Assembly: GCA_036391995.1 (NCBI GenBank)
Contig: DASVYU010000015.1
Coordinates: 350-64,349, forward strand
Direction of reading: 5' to 3'
Source of the DNA: Patescibacteria group bacterium
Lineage (GTDB): Bacteria; Patescibacteriota; Minisyncoccia; Moranbacterales; GWC2-37-73
Length of the DNA stretch: 64,000 bases
Positions 60,283 through 64,000 of the stretch are shown one piece after another (positions within the stretch are counted from its first letter, which is position 1; the number at the start of each line of letters is the position of its first letter). The translations under genes were made by a program, and so were the position numbers. Below the pieces are notes generated by a model. That model had not been told where the DNA came from. It searched no databases and saw only the letters and a list, made by a program, of their open reading frames with translations.

Positions 60283-61905
60283 TCACATCTTTTCAGGAGC
60301 GTCTACTCCCACAAGTCTAAGCGTTTCAGCTAACACTATTCTAGCAGCTTCCACCAAAGAAAGTCTAGCTTTCGTAAGCTCAGGATTTTCCTCATCGATC
60401 ACGCGGCAAGCGTCATAGAAAGAGTGGAATTTATCAGCCAGAGAAATCGCATAATGCGGCAATTTGTGCACAGCATAGGTCTCAGAAACTTCCGCCACCA
60501 GTTCTGGAAACTTGTCCAATTCCTTGATCAGGTTCAACTCCCTCTCATGCTGCAATAAAGATAAATCTACATCTTGTTTGGAAATTGGAAATTGGAAATT
60601 GGAAATTCCAGCTTCTCGAGCCTTCTCGAGAATGCTGGATATGCGAGCGTGGGCATATTGGACATAGAAAACAGGATTTTTCTGCGAGCGTTCCGCTGCC
60701 AAACCCATATCGAAATTCATATGCGTGTCCGGCGAATACATCAGGAAGAAAAATCTGGTGACATCATGTCCCAATTCATCAATCAGATCATCAATGTAGA
60801 CAACATTGCCTGCGCGCTTACTCATTCTGACTTCCTTGCCGTCTTTCATGAGACGCACCAACTGCACAATATTGAAACGTACTCTTTCCGGCGCAACACC
60901 CAAGGCTTGAGCGGCAGCAGAAAAACGCACGATGTACCCATGATGATCAGCTCCCCAAGTTTCAACAAGATCAGTGAAACCTCTTTCCACTTTATTGAGA
61001 ATATATCCGCAATCAGAAGCGAAATATGTCTTCTGACCATTGGCTTTCACCAGAACTCTGTCCTTGTCATCTCCAAAATCAGTGGTTCTCAGCCACAATG
61101 CCCCTTCTTCTTCAAAGGTCAAACCTTTTTTGCTGAGAATTTCAATAGCCCTGTCTACAAAACCTTCATCACACAGAGATTTTTCAGATATCCATTCATC
61201 AAAAGAGATTTGCATTTTTTCCGCAGCAGTCTTTTTGATGAAATTTTCCAAAATATATTCAGCCGCTTTTTCTCCAACCTCTCTAACATCTTTGCCATCT
61301 GCCATCTCAGCATTGAGCTTGTCTATATATTCGCCGCCATAAACAGCTTCCTCATCTTTCAAGACGCTGTGACCAAGCTTCATGACTTGTTCACCAGCAT
61401 CGTTTACGTAATATTCATTCGCAACTTCAAAGCCTGCTTTTCTGAGCACGCGCGAAAGAGAATCACCGAAAAATCCGCCGCGACCATTGCCTAAATGCAT
61501 AGGTCCGGTCGGATTGGCTGAAATGAATTCATTGTTAATTTTAACACCACTACCAATCTCATTGCTGCCGAATTTTTCCTTTTCAGAGTTTATTTTCTCA
61601 ACAACATCCTGCAAATATTTCCTAGAAAGATAGAAATTGATATGTCCTGGCGGTGCAATTTCAATTTTTTCAATATACGAATCTTTCAACTTTTCACTTT
61701 CAACTTTCAGCTCATTGGCTATTTCCAAAGGATTTTTTTTGAGCTGCTTGGACAATATCATGGCCACATTGGTCGTGTAATCGCCGAAAGCATCATTCTT
61801 GGGATGATCCACGATTATTTCAGCAATTTCAAAAGCAGGCCAATTATTGGCTTTTTTTGCCTCAAACAAGGCATTTTTTATAATTTCTTGTATAGTATTT
61901 TTCAT
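60283..61905 (-). CDS. argS: Arginine--tRNA ligase
   Basis: EFISANPTGPMHLGN, GADHHGY, MSKRAG, YVQYAHARI. Confidence 0.97.
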   Translation of the reverse strand: MKNTIQEIIKNALFEAKKANNWPAFEIAEIIVDHPKNDAFGDYTTNVAMILSKQLKKNPLEIANELKVESEKLKDSYIEKIEIAPPGHINFYLSRKYLQDVVEKINSEKEKFGSNEIGSGVKINNEFISANPTGPMHLGNGRGGFFGDSLSRVLRKAGFEVANEYYVNDAGEQVMKLGHSVLKDEEAVYGGEYIDKLNAEMADGKDVREVGEKAAEYILENFIKKTAAEKMQISFDEWISEKSLCDEGFVDRAIEILSKKGLTFEEEGALWLRTTDFGDDKDRVLVKANGQKTYFASDCGYILNKVERGFTDLVETWGADHHGYIVRFSAAAQALGVAPERVRFNIVQLVRLMKDGKEVRMSKRAGNVVYIDDLIDELGHDVTRFFFLMYSPDTHMNFDMGLAAERSQKNPVFYVQYAHARISSILEKAREAGISNFQFPISKQDVDLSLLQHERELNLIKELDKFPELVAEVSETYAVHKLPHYAISLADKFHSFYDACRVIDEENPELTKARLSLVEAARIVLAETLRLVGVDAPEKM

Positions 61906-61940
61906 ACTGGTATTATTCCATATTGATGCCATTTAGGCAA

Positions 61941-61969
61941 GAAAAAATCCCTCAAAGGAGGGATTTTTT
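61941..61969. terminator. Intrinsic terminator
   Basis: aaaaaatccctc-aaag-gagggatttttt. Confidence 0.75.
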
Positions 61970-61995
61970 AGATTCTAAAACTTTTACTGTTCGGA

Positions 61996-63108
61996 TCAAG
62001 GAGCAACTTCCTTCCAACCTCCTACGCTGCGCTGTGCACAATCTGAATCAGTAGCACAAGTTGCCTTCCCAGCAGGAATCAAGGTCATACATGTGCTGTT
62101 ATTAGAAACATCAGTGGCATCAAAGCCTCCCGTGGACAAGTTGCATTTCGCATTTGAATCACAGGTTTTAGCGTGACATCCAGTTGTGATATTGACAGGA
62201 TCCGACTGCACGCCATCACAAGTAAGAATGAACGTCTCCGACTTGTGGCTGGAATCAATCACCACAGGATCGCCATTTCCGGTTGAGTTGGTGCTTTTCG
62301 ATCCTTTCCATAGATTTCGATCAGGCGCTGTACTTGCTGTGCAGGAGCTTGCATTAGTTGAAGTCCATGTCAAATAAATGGTCTGCGGAAGGGGATTATT
62401 ATCTATATTTATGGTAGAAACTGGATTTCCACTGGAATCCTTTGCTTTCAAAGTAACAGTTGTAACACCGGAACTTGTTAATGTTGCACCGTTAAAATCA
62501 ATATACCCGAGACCATTGGCCATATTATTTGCACTGCCAGCAGTTTCGCCATTCCAAGCAAAACCAGTCAGAACATTTCCGTTTATAGAAACACCATTCA
62601 TATGAATCCAACCGTCCCAACCGCCTGAATTACCAACAGCACTGGCTTTGGCAATTTCCACAAACCTTGCCCAGCCAACCAAATTATTCCCTATTCGTTT
62701 CACTCCACCATTAGCATTAACCCCATCACTACTATTAGGTGCTGCACATGAGGCAGCAGCATAACCTTGTCCTTGATTACAATTATCTTGCGGATTAAAA
62801 TCTATGTAACCAAGGTTAGAAGTCCAGGCGTATCCACTCATTTTGCCAGTGGTATTGTCAAGATTCACACCGTAAGATCCTCCTCCGGAACCGGAATTGG
62901 TGTCATTCATGCTTATCCAGCCTGCGCCGGTTTCTGTTCCTACCGTGTCATCTTTGCTTCCACCCCAAAGCCAGCCAGTCATGTTGTCACCAGTTCCAGC
63001 CTTGATTCTCGCAGCTCCAGCCGCAACAAAAACGATTGCAAAAACAGCGACAGAAAGCACGATCTTCTTGAATTGTCTTTTGGATTTGTTTTTGGCTGTT
63101 TTTTTCAT
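61996..63108 (-). CDS. Secreted/surface Cys-rich protein with G(W/Y/F)AW...G(W/Y)IxFN repeats
   Basis: Signal peptide/TM helix, repeated GWLW/GYAW/GFAW units, C-terminal WKEVAP. Confidence 0.75.
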   Translation of the reverse strand: MKKTAKNKSKRQFKKIVLSVAVFAIVFVAAGAARIKAGTGDNMTGWLWGGSKDDTVGTETGAGWISMNDTNSGSGGGSYGVNLDNTTGKMSGYAWTSNLGYIDFNPQDNCNQGQGYAAASCAAPNSSDGVNANGGVKRIGNNLVGWARFVEIAKASAVGNSGGWDGWIHMNGVSINGNVLTGFAWNGETAGSANNMANGLGYIDFNGATLTSSGVTTVTLKAKDSSGNPVSTINIDNNPLPQTIYLTWTSTNASSCTASTAPDRNLWKGSKSTNSTGNGDPVVIDSSHKSETFILTCDGVQSDPVNITTGCHAKTCDSNAKCNLSTGGFDATDVSNNSTCMTLIPAGKATCATDSDCAQRSVGGWKEVAP

Positions 63109-63152
63109 TGCGATTTTCTTAGGCTTTTATTTTTTCAAAATTTCACGTTTCG

Positions 63153-63455
63153 CTATTTTTTTTGCGGAGCCTGCGGCTGCAGAGCCTGCTGTTGGAGCTG
63201 GTTGGCTTGCTGCAAGCACTGGCCGCTCACCACCTGTACTTTTGTCTCATTGCTGCGCACTTCGAATGGCTGGCATCCTTCTTTCTTGGCTTGATCAATT
63301 ACCTGATTGATGGCATCGCCATAGCCCTGCTGATAGGAGGCCTGCATACCGCGGATCTTGAATCCTTGGTATTGATCCCAAATGACATAGCCTGTAGCAG
63401 CCAGGAACCAAATAATCAAAACGGTCTTTATAACATCTTGTCTTGTCACATGCAT
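63153..63455 (-). CDS. Small membrane-anchored hypothetical protein
   Basis: N-terminal TM helix, Cys pair, Gln-rich tail. Confidence 0.7.
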   Translation of the reverse strand: MHVTRQDVIKTVLIIWFLAATGYVIWDQYQGFKIRGMQASYQQGYGDAINQVIDQAKKEGCQPFEVRSNETKVQVVSGQCLQQANQLQQQALQPQAPQKK

Positions 63456-63482
63456 AGCAGTTTCAGTTAGTGTAAAAACACA

Positions 63483-64000
63483 TTAATTTAAATCGATTTC
63501 AGTTGCTGTAAATTCAGCAGCGTTGCTTATGTCACCTTCGGCTCTTACATTCACATTTTGTCCAGGCTTAAGATCAGACGCTGAAATTTCCTTCAAATCA
63601 AATATGGATGGTGGCGTAGGTTGCTGCGCAGTATCATTGCTTCCTGTAACCTGTTCAAGCATCTTGCTTTGAAATTCCTGCCTTTCTTTTTGAAATTGTT
63701 CCTGATCCTTTTGTGTAATCAGCACCACTTTGGTTTGGCCATTTATACGGACCATACGATTTTCCAGACTCGGATCACTGAGCGGATCGGAGGATGCGAC
63801 CGACTTCAATGTTACCACATCAGCAGAAACGGCAGCAATTATGCCTCTGACATAATTAGACCGCAAACTTTGTGCTTCTTTTAATGCGCCGCTGTTGCTT
63901 TCTTGCAGCTTTCTCTTGGCAGCATCCCAGCCTTTTTGATATGTATCTGACCCCTTAAAGAATCCTCCAAGCTTCGTCTTTGAAGACATATGCCCGCCTG
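63483..64000 (-). CDS. Hypothetical protein (OB-fold-like; probably 5'-truncated by the window edge)
   Basis: Frame stays open upstream of the ATG at 63989; ISASDLKPGQNVNV motif. Confidence 0.6.
   Translation of the reverse strand, partial: GGHMSSKTKLGGFFKGSDTYQKGWDAAKRKLQESNSGALKEAQSLRSNYVRGIIAAVSADVVTLKSVASSDPLSDPSLENRMVRINGQTKVVLITQKDQEQFQKERQEFQSKMLEQVTGSNDTAQQPTPPSIFDLKEISASDLKPGQNVNVRAEGDISNAAEFTATEIDLN

Overview
A 64 kb chromosomal segment, mostly housekeeping genes and mostly on the minus strand. It is probably from a CPR/Patescibacteria genome (Parcubacteria-like). This is inferred from gene order (rpmF-nusB-rnc), SD-less A/T-rich leaders, a short ThrS, a type-II IleS, Elp3 and the surface-protein motifs. 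TGA is used as a stop, so genetic code 11 applies. Contents: murD (partial), rnc, nusB, rpmF, rnhB, dnaE, thrS, miaB, miaA, gatB, folA, rplA/rplK/nusG/secE, tRNA-Ile/tRNA-Ala, trxB/trxA, elp3, rlmN, glmS, ddl, murF, leuS, folD, a MacB-type ABC pair, tgt, recO, ileS and argS. No CRISPR array, integrase or transposase was seen. The most interesting observations are: (1) a 7-gene pyrimidine-nucleotide cluster (HD phosphohydrolase, DHFR, HxGH nucleotidyltransferase, deaminase with a pseudo-nucleotidyltransferase domain, HxHxQ HIT protein, ThyA with a remodelled phosphate pocket, NMP-kinase-like protein) that may work on a nucleotide conjugate rather than free dCMP/dUMP; (2) Elp3 head-to-head with a Trm9/ALKBH8-like methyltransferase, a possible bacterial mcm5U34 pathway; (3) several families of tiny palindromic or periodic repeats inserted in frame in housekeeping genes, including a disrupted duplicate of the dnaE 5' end; (4) two ultra-short-stem-I T-boxes; (5) an HTH plus sigma-70 region 4 islet. 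All family assignments come from motif recognition by eye. No searches were run.
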